IMG/VR virus record: IMGVR_UViG_3300033463_000107
DNA length: 64,000 nt
Direction: 5' to 3' (one strand)
Source of the DNA: an uncultured virus (IMG/VR IMGVR_UViG_3300033463_000107)
Lineage: Duplodnaviria; Heunggongvirae; Uroviricota; Caudoviricetes
Shown: in pieces, positions 46,503-56,608 of the stretch
Layout: each line of letters starts with the position of its first letter
How positions within the stretch are numbered: the first letter of the stretch is position 1
Notes under the pieces: model-generated
The model's input: the letters and a program-made list of their open reading frames with translations, nothing else
What the model was told of the DNA's origin: nothing
The model's database searches: none
Position numbers and translations under genes: made by a program

Positions 46503-49500
46503 TTACCTCCCTATATCACCCGTTACGTAGCTGGCGGAATCCCCACTCCGCTGGTTGTGGAATCCCCAGTCGCTGCTTGGCGAGATCGTTACGCTGAATT
46601 CCTTTGCCGCCGTCTGACGCGTGTAATCAGCGACCGCATTCATCACATTAAGCAGCTGACTGAGCAGGCTGACCTGCTGTGTGCTTCCGTTTTCGACACC
46701 CGTCTGCACGTCGCCGGAGATGTCCGTTTCTGGGATACCCTGTTCATTCTGACTGCCAGATGCAAACCTAACGCCAGAAGAAGCACCAGCAAAAGCAAAG
46801 TCACCACCTGCAGGCGTTACACCAGGAATCTTTGTACGACCGGAAGTACCCACTCCGTTTTCGTTCATCAATTTGTCTCGAATAACTGTGAAATTTTCAA
46901 GACCTATACTGTCGATTATGCTTTGCACTTCGGAGTAATCAAACACTCCGCCATTTAAAAGCTGCTTGAGTTGCTCTATCTCTTTTTCGTATTCTTTGAA
47001 CAAATCTATGCTGTCTTCAATAGGATCTGTTACTCCGGACATGTCAAGGTCAATATCGCTGGTTTCGGTTTCTCTTGCCATCCGTTCCAATGCATTGTAG
47101 TAGTCCTGAACCTCTTCAGAAGGTTTCGCATTCTTGGTTTTTTCTTCAAATTGAATCTCTGTTACTTCAGACAGTGCAGCATGCTTTGCTTTATTCACAG
47201 TATCTTTCGCTGCATTAGCAGCCGCACTTGTTGCACTTTCTGCAGCAGCTTTCGCAGAATTTGCAGCTTCAGATTCCTGTTCTTTCGGATCAATCTTAAA
47301 CATGGATGCAATCATGTCGTTCCATGCCTTTTGCACTTCTGGAGTTGCACTGCTAATTCCAATCGTGTCAGCAAGTTGATCAATAACAGCCTTATCAATT
47401 ACATCGCCGTAATTCAAGAATCCAAGGTCAATCGCATTATTTATTGTATGCGCATTCTGCCCGTAAGCGTTTGAAATCAATTTCTGCAACCACATTCTTA
47501 CGGTTCCCTGTGCATCAGAAACTTCAGAACCATTGTCCGCAAACAATTGTTTATAAATCTGTTTACGATAATCAAGTCCTGTTTGCTTAATCTGTTCCAG
47601 ATTGCCTATGCTTTCCTTATTGATAACTCCAGTTTTAATAATAGAAGCAAGATATTCGCCAATCTTACCTTGTTCATCCACATCAACAAATGTTGCATTC
47701 ACAGCATCCTCAACGTCTTGTTTAAGATTTGCAAGATAAGCCTTGTAGTCTTCCATTGCTTTATCTGCTTGCTCTTTGTAGTGCTTATATGTTTCATTTG
47801 TGACGTCTCCGCCAGATTCTTTTAATGCATATTCAGCAAGTTCAGCAAATGCATAATGCTGTGCGAGAAGACCTTCTGCGGATTCTTCCCGTGCCTTTGT
47901 AAGCGTTGCTACAAGTTCTTCTTTCTGCTGGTTAAATGTTTCAAACAACGAGTCGAGGCTTGCCTGTGACAGATCGGTAAGTTGCATATTAATAATGTTC
48001 ATTGCCTTTGCTTTTGCTTGACCATTTGCCACAGCAGTTGCCACCTGAATAAGCATATTGGATATCTTTTCAACACTATCCAATGCCTGCTGCCTTGTTT
48101 TTTCATCAAGTTCTTTATTATATGCATCACTATATGCCTGTACTAATTCAGCACCTTTGTCTGACATTATCTGCTTTAAATCGTCCCATCTTTCACTGGA
48201 AGATTTTGCAATATCATCACCAATATTTTCTCCTTCTTTATTTGTTGCAGGAACAAGGGAAACAGCAACTTCAAGGCTCTTCTGTTCTGCGTCTGCAGTC
48301 TCGTTGAAAGTGGAAATCAGCGAGTTTACATCTTCTTTAATCGTATCAATAGAATCTTCTTTAATACCAAGGCGTACGGAATAGAATGTACCCATGGTCT
48401 GTTCAATCTGCTTTTCAAGGTTTTTCTTGCTGACTTCTACATCCGAAAGCGTTGCATCAATAAGACCGATTGTGATCTGCGGCGGATCCTTTATCAGTTT
48501 GGAATTTACATACGCTTCTATTTCTTCCTTTGTTGCTTCATATCCGCCCCATTCAACAAGGGAAGCCTGTTCGGATATAATTGCTTCAATGGCGAACAAT
48601 GCCGCAATGGTAATAGCTGCACCGGTCGGACCAACAATCATCGCTGCATATCCTCCGGCAAGCGCACCGGCTTGTAACGCAAGACCAGCTCCAACAATGC
48701 CACCAGCAATAAGGTTTTTGGTTATCACGGATTTTGTGATTCCGCTTCCGTCTACCGTTTCGTTAATGGCATTAATTCCAACAGATACGCCAAGGGTTAC
48801 AATCGGCAGACCGGCAAAGAGCATCCCCATTCCAATAGCAGCTGCCGTGCTTCCGTACATTGCACCAACCGTTCCGCCTGCTATTCCAAGCGCCGCAATG
48901 CTCAATATTTTCGCACCAATCGTTTCAGGCGCAATGTCATCAGCAGTAACAGCAGCGTCCGCCTTCAGCGAAATAGCAACACCAAATGTTGCAAGAGATA
49001 CAACTGCACCCTCTACAAGTGATGCCCCCACCGTGCCGCCTACAAGATGCGCCATGTATGCGCCTGCGACACCTCCTTCAATAGCGGCAACAACAGCGGA
49101 TACAAGCGATCTTTCCGAAAGTGCGCTAACATCTGTATGTTCAATGTTCGCAATAATCGTAGCACCTGCGCTGATAAAAAATGTGAGCGGAATTCCAAGT
49201 GTTGCTGCACCTGCGGAAAGAACCTGACCAAGAATTCGACTTGTAATAAATCCGCCAAGGCTTGTTTCAAGAATATCTGCAATCATCCATCCTATATCTC
49301 CGGTTTCAAGATAATTGCTTGTAAACATTTTTGAAAGTTTGAATACGATATCAATTGTTGCTACACCGCCAACAATCGCACCAAGTATTCCAATCGTTCC
49401 GGCAAATGCAGCAGCAACGCGCCAACCAAGTATGACAGCACCAATTTCTTTTACAAGATTCCAAACACTTCCAAATTCTTTTTTGATACCTTCTACAAGT

Positions 49501-51329
49501 TTCTTTATTTTTTCATCGAAATCAGTAAGTTCTTCAAACATACTGGCATAATCAGGCGTACTTTTTTTGCTTCCGCCACCGCCGCCACCACCAGATTCGC
49601 TCTGAATAATGTTCAGTTCGTCCCAGTCGGCAAGCAAATCTTTTACAGCCTTTGAAGCGCCGCCAGCCGAATTTGCCACATTGTCAAGAGATTCTGAAGA
49701 AGCATCAATCGCATGTGTCCACTGCGTCTTTCCGCTTAAAAGTGCAAACAACTGATTAATCCAGTTAACCGCCGTAATCACCCAACTTACAATTGTTTGG
49801 AGAATCGGTATCAATGCTTCAAGCAACGGTGTCAACGCCGCACCTATGGAGTTTTGCATTTTAAACAATGCGTCCGAAGCAGACTGCATTGCGGGTGCAA
49901 AACTCGTTCCGACCGCCTTGCTGTATTCACGGACGTTATTTACGCCTTCTTTAAGACCTTTCCAAATGCTGCGAAGGGCAGCTGTGATAACACGCCTTAA
50001 CAAAATTGATTTAAGCCTGCTCCACAAAGCCCCCAGCGCCGGAACAAGATTACTCATTCCTTCTTTTAATCTGTCAAATGCAGAACAGGCATCGTCCGCA
50101 TCTTCTTTCTTTTTCTTCAGTTCATCGTCAACGTCTTTTAAGTTATCATTAAGACCTTCGGATTCTGCCTTTGCTTCGTCCATTGCGGACTGCAATGTCT
50201 GCATCGCAGGAGCGGCAGTTTCTGCACCTTCCGCAATGCCGGTCATGCTCTGAACACTTTGACGGTCAAATATGGAAACGTCCAATCCATAAATATCTGC
50301 AATGGCTTGTTTAATTCTTGGTGAAGAGTCCCTAAATGTATTGACGATCTGTTCTATCTTTGCCTGAAGTCTATCAGCAGCAGCATCCATTCTATTTGCC
50401 GCATCAGTTCCATTATCAAACAGATTTGTATTTGCACCATTCTGTAATGTGCTTTGGATATTTACAACCTTTCTTCTCGCTTCTTCCAACGTAATTCCCA
50501 TACGTTGCGCAGCTTCTTCCAATGAAGAGTATACATTTTCACTTGGAATCCCATATACCATGTGAAGCGTACTTTGCAGTTTTTCCTTTACTTCTTCAAC
50601 CGTAATTCCAAGACGTTCTGCCGCTTCTTCAATGCTGGAAAAAATTTGAACATTGCCATTATCACCTGCAAGGTTTTCCTTTGCTTCGCTTACGCCCTGT
50701 AATTTGCCGATTACTTCATCATATTTTTTCGCTATATCTTCCGGCATCATGCTCTTCACAATTTCAAACGAATCCTTGACAGCATCACCATATTTATACA
50801 TTTCTTGTGACGCTGAATCCATTTTCATTCCGAGTGCTTCAATCGGAAGTTTTGACGGATCAAACTGTGCAGCCCAATTTGTATTGTGAACTATATTATC
50901 AAGCTCCTGCATGGTCATCCCCATGTCATGCAGATCGCCATTTACTTCCTGAATTCTTTCGTCTGCCTGTGCAAAGCCGTTTCCCATCCCATCCTTCGGA
51001 ACGCGCTGAATCCCCTGCAATGCCCTGTCAACCGATTCAACTGCTTTTGCAAGTTGGTTTGAATTTCGCAGATTAATGCTTATGTCGCCCAAACCCTGAA
51101 GTTTGCTTAAAGACTCTGCCAACATACGCAGTTTCATCAACGTAGTGCCATTAACATCTTCGTTGATGGTTTTTACAAGTCTTCTTATCTGCGAAGCAAC
51201 ATTATTAAGCTGCGCGCCCTGAACGGCCTCCTTAACACGCGAAAGCGCGTCAGTAAGTCGGTTAAGACCACTTTCAGCCTCCGAAGTGTCGCTTGTAATT
51301 TTTAAATTCAGAATGCCTACTTCTGCCAT
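46503..51329 (-). CDS. tail tape measure protein
   Basis: 1608 aa, helical and Ala-rich, LADWDELNII motif, hydrophobic middle, follows the tail chaperones. Confidence 0.9.
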   Translation of the reverse strand: MAEVGILNLKITSDTSEAESGLNRLTDALSRVKEAVQGAQLNNVASQIRRLVKTINEDVNGTTLMKLRMLAESLSKLQGLGDISINLRNSNQLAKAVESVDRALQGIQRVPKDGMGNGFAQADERIQEVNGDLHDMGMTMQELDNIVHNTNWAAQFDPSKLPIEALGMKMDSASQEMYKYGDAVKDSFEIVKSMMPEDIAKKYDEVIGKLQGVSEAKENLAGDNGNVQIFSSIEEAAERLGITVEEVKEKLQSTLHMVYGIPSENVYSSLEEAAQRMGITLEEARRKVVNIQSTLQNGANTNLFDNGTDAANRMDAAADRLQAKIEQIVNTFRDSSPRIKQAIADIYGLDVSIFDRQSVQSMTGIAEGAETAAPAMQTLQSAMDEAKAESEGLNDNLKDVDDELKKKKEDADDACSAFDRLKEGMSNLVPALGALWSRLKSILLRRVITAALRSIWKGLKEGVNNVREYSKAVGTSFAPAMQSASDALFKMQNSIGAALTPLLEALIPILQTIVSWVITAVNWINQLFALLSGKTQWTHAIDASSESLDNVANSAGGASKAVKDLLADWDELNIIQSESGGGGGGGSKKSTPDYASMFEELTDFDEKIKKLVEGIKKEFGSVWNLVKEIGAVILGWRVAAAFAGTIGILGAIVGGVATIDIVFKLSKMFTSNYLETGDIGWMIADILETSLGGFITSRILGQVLSAGAATLGIPLTFFISAGATIIANIEHTDVSALSERSLVSAVVAAIEGGVAGAYMAHLVGGTVGASLVEGAVVSLATFGVAISLKADAAVTADDIAPETIGAKILSIAALGIAGGTVGAMYGSTAAAIGMGMLFAGLPIVTLGVSVGINAINETVDGSGITKSVITKNLIAGGIVGAGLALQAGALAGGYAAMIVGPTGAAITIAALFAIEAIISEQASLVEWGGYEATKEEIEAYVNSKLIKDPPQITIGLIDATLSDVEVSKKNLEKQIEQTMGTFYSVRLGIKEDSIDTIKEDVNSLISTFNETADAEQKSLEVAVSLVPATNKEGENIGDDIAKSSSERWDDLKQIMSDKGAELVQAYSDAYNKELDEKTRQQALDSVEKISNMLIQVATAVANGQAKAKAMNIINMQLTDLSQASLDSLFETFNQQKEELVATLTKAREESAEGLLAQHYAFAELAEYALKESGGDVTNETYKHYKEQADKAMEDYKAYLANLKQDVEDAVNATFVDVDEQGKIGEYLASIIKTGVINKESIGNLEQIKQTGLDYRKQIYKQLFADNGSEVSDAQGTVRMWLQKLISNAYGQNAHTINNAIDLGFLNYGDVIDKAVIDQLADTIGISSATPEVQKAWNDMIASMFKIDPKEQESEAANSAKAAAESATSAAANAAKDTVNKAKHAALSEVTEIQFEEKTKNAKPSEEVQDYYNALERMARETETSDIDLDMSGVTDPIEDSIDLFKEYEKEIEQLKQLLNGGVFDYSEVQSIIDSIGLENFTVIRDKLMNENGVGTSGRTKIPGVTPAGGDFAFAGASSGVRFASGSQNEQGIPETDISGDVQTGVENGSTQQVSLLSQLLNVMNAVADYTRQTAAKEFSVTISPSSDWGFHNQRSGDSASYVTGDIGR

Positions 51330-51362
51330 GGTCTTGTCCTCCTCGCTGACGCGCCCGTATTC

Positions 51363-51851
51363 TTACTGCCCAGTCCCCCCCGCCTTTTCTTTTTCCTTTT
51401 CCAGCCGTTTCATGATGTTCTTGTTGAACTTCGTTGTAAACTGCTGGAAAAGTGCCATGGCGAGTTTCTGCTGGTCTTCCTGTTTCTGCCTGCGAACTTC
51501 TTCCTGCTTCCGTTCTTCTGCTTCGATCATGAATGGCTTATCCGGATAGTTTGGAAGATTGGTTCCTCGCTTTACGTTCAATCCGGCAACAAGCAACGGG
51601 ACCGCCTGCAATGCTCTGATCAGGTAATTACCCATTTGCCAGTTATGCATGTCTGCAACGCGTTCCTCGTTTTCAATGCGCATCCTGTACGCTTTCCGAT
51701 ACGCTGGTTTCAGCCAGCTTTCGCCGTCCCAGTATTGCTCTGGCGTCATTCCCATGACCAAATAATGCGGAAAAAGTTCGTCAAATATATCTCCATACGA
51801 ACGGGATGACGTCTGCGTGGATTTTTGATCCTCCGTCAGATCGTCTCCCAT
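51363..51851 (-). CDS. tail assembly chaperone, downstream ORF
   Basis: YLVMGMTPEQYWDG...YP.KP; overlaps the upstream chaperone in the -1 frame. Confidence 0.7.
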   Translation of the reverse strand: MGDDLTEDQKSTQTSSRSYGDIFDELFPHYLVMGMTPEQYWDGESWLKPAYRKAYRMRIENEERVADMHNWQMGNYLIRALQAVPLLVAGLNVKRGTNLPNYPDKPFMIEAEERKQEEVRRQKQEDQQKLAMALFQQFTTKFNKNIMKRLEKEKEKAGGTGQ

Positions 51852-52237
51852 GTAGGGTTGCCGTCGTCTTCTTCAGCGGCATCCTCTGCCATCATGTCCT
51901 CAAGCGGTTTCATATACAGCTTGGTGAGGATGCCAAGCAGTTCGTCCTTGCCTTTCTGGAACTTCCAGATATCTTTGGCCCGTTCAGGGGTAATGCCCTT
52001 GTGGTGCATCTGAAACGCTCCCAGGAACAGATCGTCGATCATCGTCACGGGGTAGTCTGTATCAATCTTGAACCCCCGACGCTCCATGTTTTTCACAACA
52101 CGCGCGTTGAACTCCAGTTCGTAGCGGTTGCCTTCCTTGTCTTTGATAACCAGTTTTGTGAATTCCTTGTTTTCCGCAGCCATCGGCTTGCCTTCCTTTC
52201 TCGCCTGATTCACAGGCACAATCTTTTTATTTGGCAT
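51836..52237 (-). CDS. tail assembly chaperone
   Basis: YELEFNAR...MERRGF...LFLGAF..HH; between tail tube and tape measure. Confidence 0.75.
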   Translation of the reverse strand: MPNKKIVPVNQARKEGKPMAAENKEFTKLVIKDKEGNRYELEFNARVVKNMERRGFKIDTDYPVTMIDDLFLGAFQMHHKGITPERAKDIWKFQKGKDELLGILTKLYMKPLEDMMAEDAAEEDDGNPTWETI

Positions 52238-52299
52238 GTTTGTTTCTCCTTTGCAGGAATATCAAGGGGGAGAGGAGAATCCCCTCCCCCGTTGATTCA

Positions 52300-52749
52300 T
52301 CAGGACGGACTCTGAGCAAACACAACAACCGTACTCGGGGTGCAGTTGATAGTCATGCCAACCGCTTCGTTGACGCCGCCACCGGAAACACCGGCAGAAA
52401 TTTCACCGGTCCAGGTGAAGGTGCCGTTGTGTCCGTCAGGAACTTCGCTACCGGCCGTGCCGGTAGCACCGAACCATACGGCATACTCGTACTGGTGACC
52501 CTCCAGATTAACAATCGTGGAGTAGTTGTCCGGCGTGTAATTGGCGCCGAAACTAAACTCACTCGTGTCACCTACGCCCTGGATGTAAACCCTCATGTAG
52601 TCGGACAGTGAAGTAATGTCGATACGATCCTTCGGGGGAATCAGGTCCGGGAAGGACGTAATGTCGATCAGCTTCGCAAAACTGTTCGTCGAGGACGAGC
52701 GGTACATCAGGTAGGTTTGATAAGTGGAAATACCTTTCAGATCCGGCAT
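52300..52749 (-). CDS. major tail tube protein
   Basis: LIDITSFPDL...IDITSLSD...F.ANY...F.WTG...GGGVNE. Confidence 0.85.
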   Translation of the reverse strand: MPDLKGISTYQTYLMYRSSSTNSFAKLIDITSFPDLIPPKDRIDITSLSDYMRVYIQGVGDTSEFSFGANYTPDNYSTIVNLEGHQYEYAVWFGATGTAGSEVPDGHNGTFTWTGEISAGVSGGGVNEAVGMTINCTPSTVVVFAQSPS

Positions 52750-52852
52750 GTTCTTAATCTCCTTTCACAAAAAATCGGTTCAAAAAACGCATGAAAGCGT
52801 GGATATGATCCAAACTCGCAATCATGCGTCTATGCAGATATTTAGTTACTTC

Positions 52853-53245
52853 TTATCTGCGGTACAATTGACCGTCCGTGTCTACAACCGCTTCATACCT
52901 TGCAACGTATCGGACGATCTCCGGATCCTGCGGGTACGTTACGTACTGTCCGCTGATCCTGTTGAAGTTCAACGAGATCATCTTTTCGTCAATGGCTTTG
53001 AAGATTGCACGGCACTTGTCCTTTGTTTTTGCCACCACGTCCAGCTGATACGTAATCAGCGAGAAGTTTTCGACCGGCGTGGAACTTTGCAAGCCTGTCA
53101 CAGTCCGGTTGTCCATTTCATACAGGGACGCCGCTGGAAGGTTGGTGTAGTCCAGAATCGGTGTGCTGACAAATCTTTTCTTTGCGCACAGCGGAGATGC
53201 AATCGGGTGAACTTCATTGAAGATTTTCACTTCATAATCGTTCAT
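52853..53245 (-). CDS. tail terminator/completion protein
   Basis: Position; YQLDV...IDEKM...F.R...RY. Confidence 0.7.
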   Translation of the reverse strand: MNDYEVKIFNEVHPIASPLCAKKRFVSTPILDYTNLPAASLYEMDNRTVTGLQSSTPVENFSLITYQLDVVAKTKDKCRAIFKAIDEKMISLNFNRISGQYVTYPQDPEIVRYVARYEAVVDTDGQLYRR

Positions 53246-53261
53246 CTGCTTTCACCTCCTG

Positions 53262-53771
53262 TTACTTTCCGAAAGTACTTTCAGCAATCTGTCCTACGTT
53301 TGCCTGAAGCCACCGAAGTGTTTCATACATGTATGGTCTTGCTACCATACCAGCCGTCCACCGGAACTGGTTTACCCTGTCTGTTGCAAGGTAATATACC
53401 CATCCTGCAGGTCCGTGATTGTTGTAATCGTGTACGTATCCTTCCGGAAGCGGTTCAACGTTTGTTCCGTCCCCTACGAATCCAGTTCCGTATTCTACGA
53501 ACAGTGCATGTGGCGCATCCGTAAAGATCACGCCCATCTTTTCTTCAGGGAAGAACACGCCTTGGATGCTTTCTTCCAACTGTCCCGTATACACGGCGTT
53601 CATGCGCATGACATTCATCTTCGCTACTGTAACGCCGTCTTCCAGAAGTTTCCTTACAAGGTCATCTGCCCAACGCTCTAACTGCCTGCTGAATCGGTTA
53701 ATTTCACGGATCGCTCTGTTGATAGATGCAGGCGTAAGGTCGAATGTAATCGTCTGCAAGACTCTGCTCAT
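53262..53771 (-). CDS. HK97 gp10-like tail completion protein
   Basis: TGQLEESI...A.FVEYGTG...GM.ARPYM. Confidence 0.8.
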   Translation of the reverse strand: MSRVLQTITFDLTPASINRAIREINRFSRQLERWADDLVRKLLEDGVTVAKMNVMRMNAVYTGQLEESIQGVFFPEEKMGVIFTDAPHALFVEYGTGFVGDGTNVEPLPEGYVHDYNNHGPAGWVYYLATDRVNQFRWTAGMVARPYMYETLRWLQANVGQIAESTFGK

Positions 53772-54175
53772 TCGCCTTCACCTTCATCTTCAGGCTCTTC
53801 TTCATCTTCAGGCTCTTCCGGTCCTTCCGATTCGTCAATGTCCGTCATTCTGCGCAGTGCTACGCTTAATACGTTCAGGCTCGGTCTTACCGCCGTCACT
53901 TCATACTGGTGTCCCTTCCAGCAAATCTTCCCACGTTCTTCAATCTCTGCGTTCGGATCGTCCATAACAAGCGTGTGCGTGTAACGGATATCTTCTCCGT
54001 AAAACTGCTGCGTGGTATGACCGCTTGGCGAGGATATATTCCCCCTGTAAATCACGGGATCGCCGTAAACAGGTTTGAATATGCCAGTATGTTCGCCGTC
54101 GCCGTTCAGGTCTGTTTCCGTACCATTGGGTGGCAGATACTCAAATTCCGTCGTGTTCCGGTAAAGAAGTCTCAT
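53768..54175 (-). CDS. head closure/stopper protein
   Basis: Position; NISSPSG...YEVTAVRPSLN. Confidence 0.65.
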   Translation of the reverse strand: MRLLYRNTTEFEYLPPNGTETDLNGDGEHTGIFKPVYGDPVIYRGNISSPSGHTTQQFYGEDIRYTHTLVMDDPNAEIEERGKICWKGHQYEVTAVRPSLNVLSVALRRMTDIDESEGPEEPEDEEEPEDEGEGE

Positions 54176-54187
54176 GCGATCACCGCC

Positions 54188-54514
54188 TTATCTGATCGCC
54201 TGTGCGAAGGGAATAATGTCACTCAGCATACTTTCCGGAATGTCCGCGTCGCCGTAATTGCGGTGGATTCCGTTTTCTATGTGCTGAATTTCGCCTTCGG
54301 CGCCACGCTTTCCAAGCATGTAGCAACTTATCTTCAGCTGAAGCATGACATACTTATCCGGCACGTCCATGCCGTCAAAGTTCTCCTTGTATGGATACAT
54401 GCGGTTGAGTATCTTGTTACCGGCAAGTTCAAGGTAGACTTCCAGAACGCCACTGTCCTCATCGTCTCCGCCCATCATGGATCGAAGCATTGCGACTTTT
54501 TTTTCTGTGGTCAT
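54188..54514 (-). CDS. head-tail connector (adaptor)
   Basis: LEVYL..A...KRGAEGE..H.ENGI.R.Y. Confidence 0.8.
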   Translation of the reverse strand: MTTEKKVAMLRSMMGGDDEDSGVLEVYLELAGNKILNRMYPYKENFDGMDVPDKYVMLQLKISCYMLGKRGAEGEIQHIENGIHRNYGDADIPESMLSDIIPFAQAIR

Positions 54515-54529
54515 TCTGTTCTTCCCCCT

Positions 54530-54736
54530 TTACTCGCTGATCTTTTTTCTCCGTGTCGTCGTCCGCTTCGGCTTCGGTTCTTCCTTTTCAGGCTCCTCGG
54601 CTTCCGGTGCTTCTTCCACGGGTTCTGGTTCAGCCTTCAGTTCTTCCTCTACGGGATTCACTTCCGGCTTTTCCTCGTATTCTTCACCGGCGGCAACCCA
54701 CCGGCCGTTCACCTTGATGTTGTGTGTCGCAATCAT
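54530..54736 (-). CDS. small head-associated protein
   Basis: IKVNGRWVAAGEE with acidic/basic tail, directly after the major capsid gene. Confidence 0.6.
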   Translation of the reverse strand: MIATHNIKVNGRWVAAGEEYEEKPEVNPVEEELKAEPEPVEEAPEAEEPEKEEPKPKRTTTRRKKISE

Positions 54737-54803
54737 GGTGAAGCCCCTTTCAGTTGAAATCTGTCCGGTACACGTCAACGTCGGCGTGTACCGGAATAAG
54801 TGC

Positions 54804-55871
54804 TTACTTAACCTTCAGCACGGCAACCTCGTCCATCCGTTCAAAGGACGGAAGCAGGATCTCGGAAGCGAAGGTGTTCACGTTCACGGGATTGATCGTG
54901 GTTTCCTGCGTAATCGCAATACCGGTTTCCACAATCTGCACCGGAGCAACGCCCTTGCCCATCAGGTCGGCTTCTTCGGGGGTGGTGCCGTAGCAGGTTT
55001 CACCCAGCGCGCCGTTCGGGATCAGTGCCACATAGCCGTCCGGAACGAACTTGTGGGCAACTTTGTTCTCGTCCTTGTACTGCTTGTCGTACAGGATGAT
55101 GCCGTCCAGGTCGTTGGTGTCCTTCAGGATCTGGATGATCTCGCTGTCGGTCAGATAGCCGAACGCAGCACCGCTCTTGGTCAGATAGCGGTTCTTGATG
55201 TTGGTGTTGTTCCGCAGCAGCTGGAAGGTCGCCTTGTTCATGATCGCCAGACGCAGGTCGCTGCCGGTCGCGGCAGAGATGGCATCCTTGGCATCCTGAA
55301 TGTCGCCGAACGGATCGGACGTAGTGGTATGATCCCACGCATCGTCGCCGGTCAGTTCAAAATAGTTGGAGGCTTTCCACGCGCCGTTCGGGTCATAGTT
55401 GTAGGTGTAGTCAACGCCGTTCGCCTTGATGACGATACCAACGTCGCCGTTCACCGGGAACAGCAGCTGCATCCTCTCGCGCTCACCGACGACCATGGCA
55501 CCTTCGATCAGGTTACGGGCATCATCGAACACATTGGCAATCGCAGCGTTCACGTAGGGGTCCTTGGCGCTCTGGGCGCGCAGGATGTCCTGACGGTCAC
55601 GTTCCTTGATTTTGAAACCCTCACGGAAGAAGGGCATTTCGGTTTCAACCTTTTCCACGCCGATCCTGTCGCGGAAGGTAGCTTTGGCGTCAAACGCAGA
55701 AGGCATCAGGGATACCGGGATGCCCTTGCTGCCCTTGATCCATTTCAGATCCAGTCCAGCCTGCTTACGGGCAGGGAACAGACCTTCACCCAGATAGGGA
55801 ATCCGGTTGCTGGCGGCTTCAGTCCAGTTCGCACCAATCGCCGCAGGGCTAAACAGTCCATCAAACAGCAT
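54804..55871 (-). CDS. major capsid protein (lambda E-like family)
   Basis: YLGEGLFP...MPFFRE...G.T.YGTTPEE...LPSFE. Confidence 0.9.
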   Translation of the reverse strand: MLFDGLFSPAAIGANWTEAASNRIPYLGEGLFPARKQAGLDLKWIKGSKGIPVSLMPSAFDAKATFRDRIGVEKVETEMPFFREGFKIKERDRQDILRAQSAKDPYVNAAIANVFDDARNLIEGAMVVGERERMQLLFPVNGDVGIVIKANGVDYTYNYDPNGAWKASNYFELTGDDAWDHTTTSDPFGDIQDAKDAISAATGSDLRLAIMNKATFQLLRNNTNIKNRYLTKSGAAFGYLTDSEIIQILKDTNDLDGIILYDKQYKDENKVAHKFVPDGYVALIPNGALGETCYGTTPEEADLMGKGVAPVQIVETGIAITQETTINPVNVNTFASEILLPSFERMDEVAVLKVK

Positions 55872-55949
55872 AGTTTTATCTCCTTTCGTTAATCATTTTT
55901 GCTGTGGTGTCCATTACGTTTCGTGGTAATGAACGGGACAATAAAAGGC

Positions 55950-56594
55950 TCAGTCGGGCCACTGCACATGCCGGAGCATATGTCCGCAGCCGACTCTTAC
56001 GTCCGCATAAATCTTGATTCCGGACGCTCTGCACAGGGAACAGAAGTACAGATCCTCGCTTAACATTCCCTTGTTGGCATTTCCGTAATTCACCCAGTCG
56101 TACCATGGGTACGAGGTTTTCCGGAACACCTCCGTGCGAATCAGCGCGCATCCCATACCGCCGCCGTGAACCTCGATCTTCGTGGTTCCGGCTTTCTTCA
56201 TCCCGTGCAGTTCTTCCGCCGTGTACTCAGACTCCAGCGGAAAGTGGTAATACTCCTTGCCGTCCTTGTCGTACAGTTTGCAGATGCATGTCCGTCCGTG
56301 GTACAGATTGTCGTTTCCGCGATGCGCGTAGTAGCCTACGCATACTTCCTTTGGATCTTCCAGCAGGCTCTGTAAGGCGTCCTTCGGAAGCACCACGTCG
56401 TTATCGACCGTCAGCACGTAATCGGCATTCAGTTCCAGTGCCTTTTCGGCAATCCGGTTCCTTGCTGTCGCCACGTCGTATCCACGTACATACTCAAACG
56501 GCACGTCATGTCCGCACTTGTCCATGTCCCAGATGCTTTTGTATGTATCCGGATAAATCGTTTCAAAGGTCGGCACGGCAATGAGTATTTTCAT
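55950..56594 (-). CDS. GT-A (GT2-like) glycosyltransferase within the head module
   Basis: ILIAVPT...ARN...YVLTVDND (DxD)...GMGCALIR..VF...SEDLYFC...VGCGH. Confidence 0.85.
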   Translation of the reverse strand: MKILIAVPTFETIYPDTYKSIWDMDKCGHDVPFEYVRGYDVATARNRIAEKALELNADYVLTVDNDVVLPKDALQSLLEDPKEVCVGYYAHRGNDNLYHGRTCICKLYDKDGKEYYHFPLESEYTAEELHGMKKAGTTKIEVHGGGMGCALIRTEVFRKTSYPWYDWVNYGNANKGMLSEDLYFCSLCRASGIKIYADVRVGCGHMLRHVQWPD

Positions 56595-56608
56595 CGGTTA
56601 CCCTCCGA

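Noticed and set aside
46945..46965. Junction-site-like TTTAAATGGCGG inside the tape-measure gene, and ACTTAAA matches near 12149, 18284 and 50138
   Set aside because: Only half-site matches, mostly within coding sequence; compatible with chance.
51836..51875. Canonical -1 frameshift between the tail chaperones
   Set aside because: The frames overlap suitably, but there is no XXXYYYZ slippery heptamer in the overlap (GGC AAC CCT ACA TGG GAG). Left unresolved.
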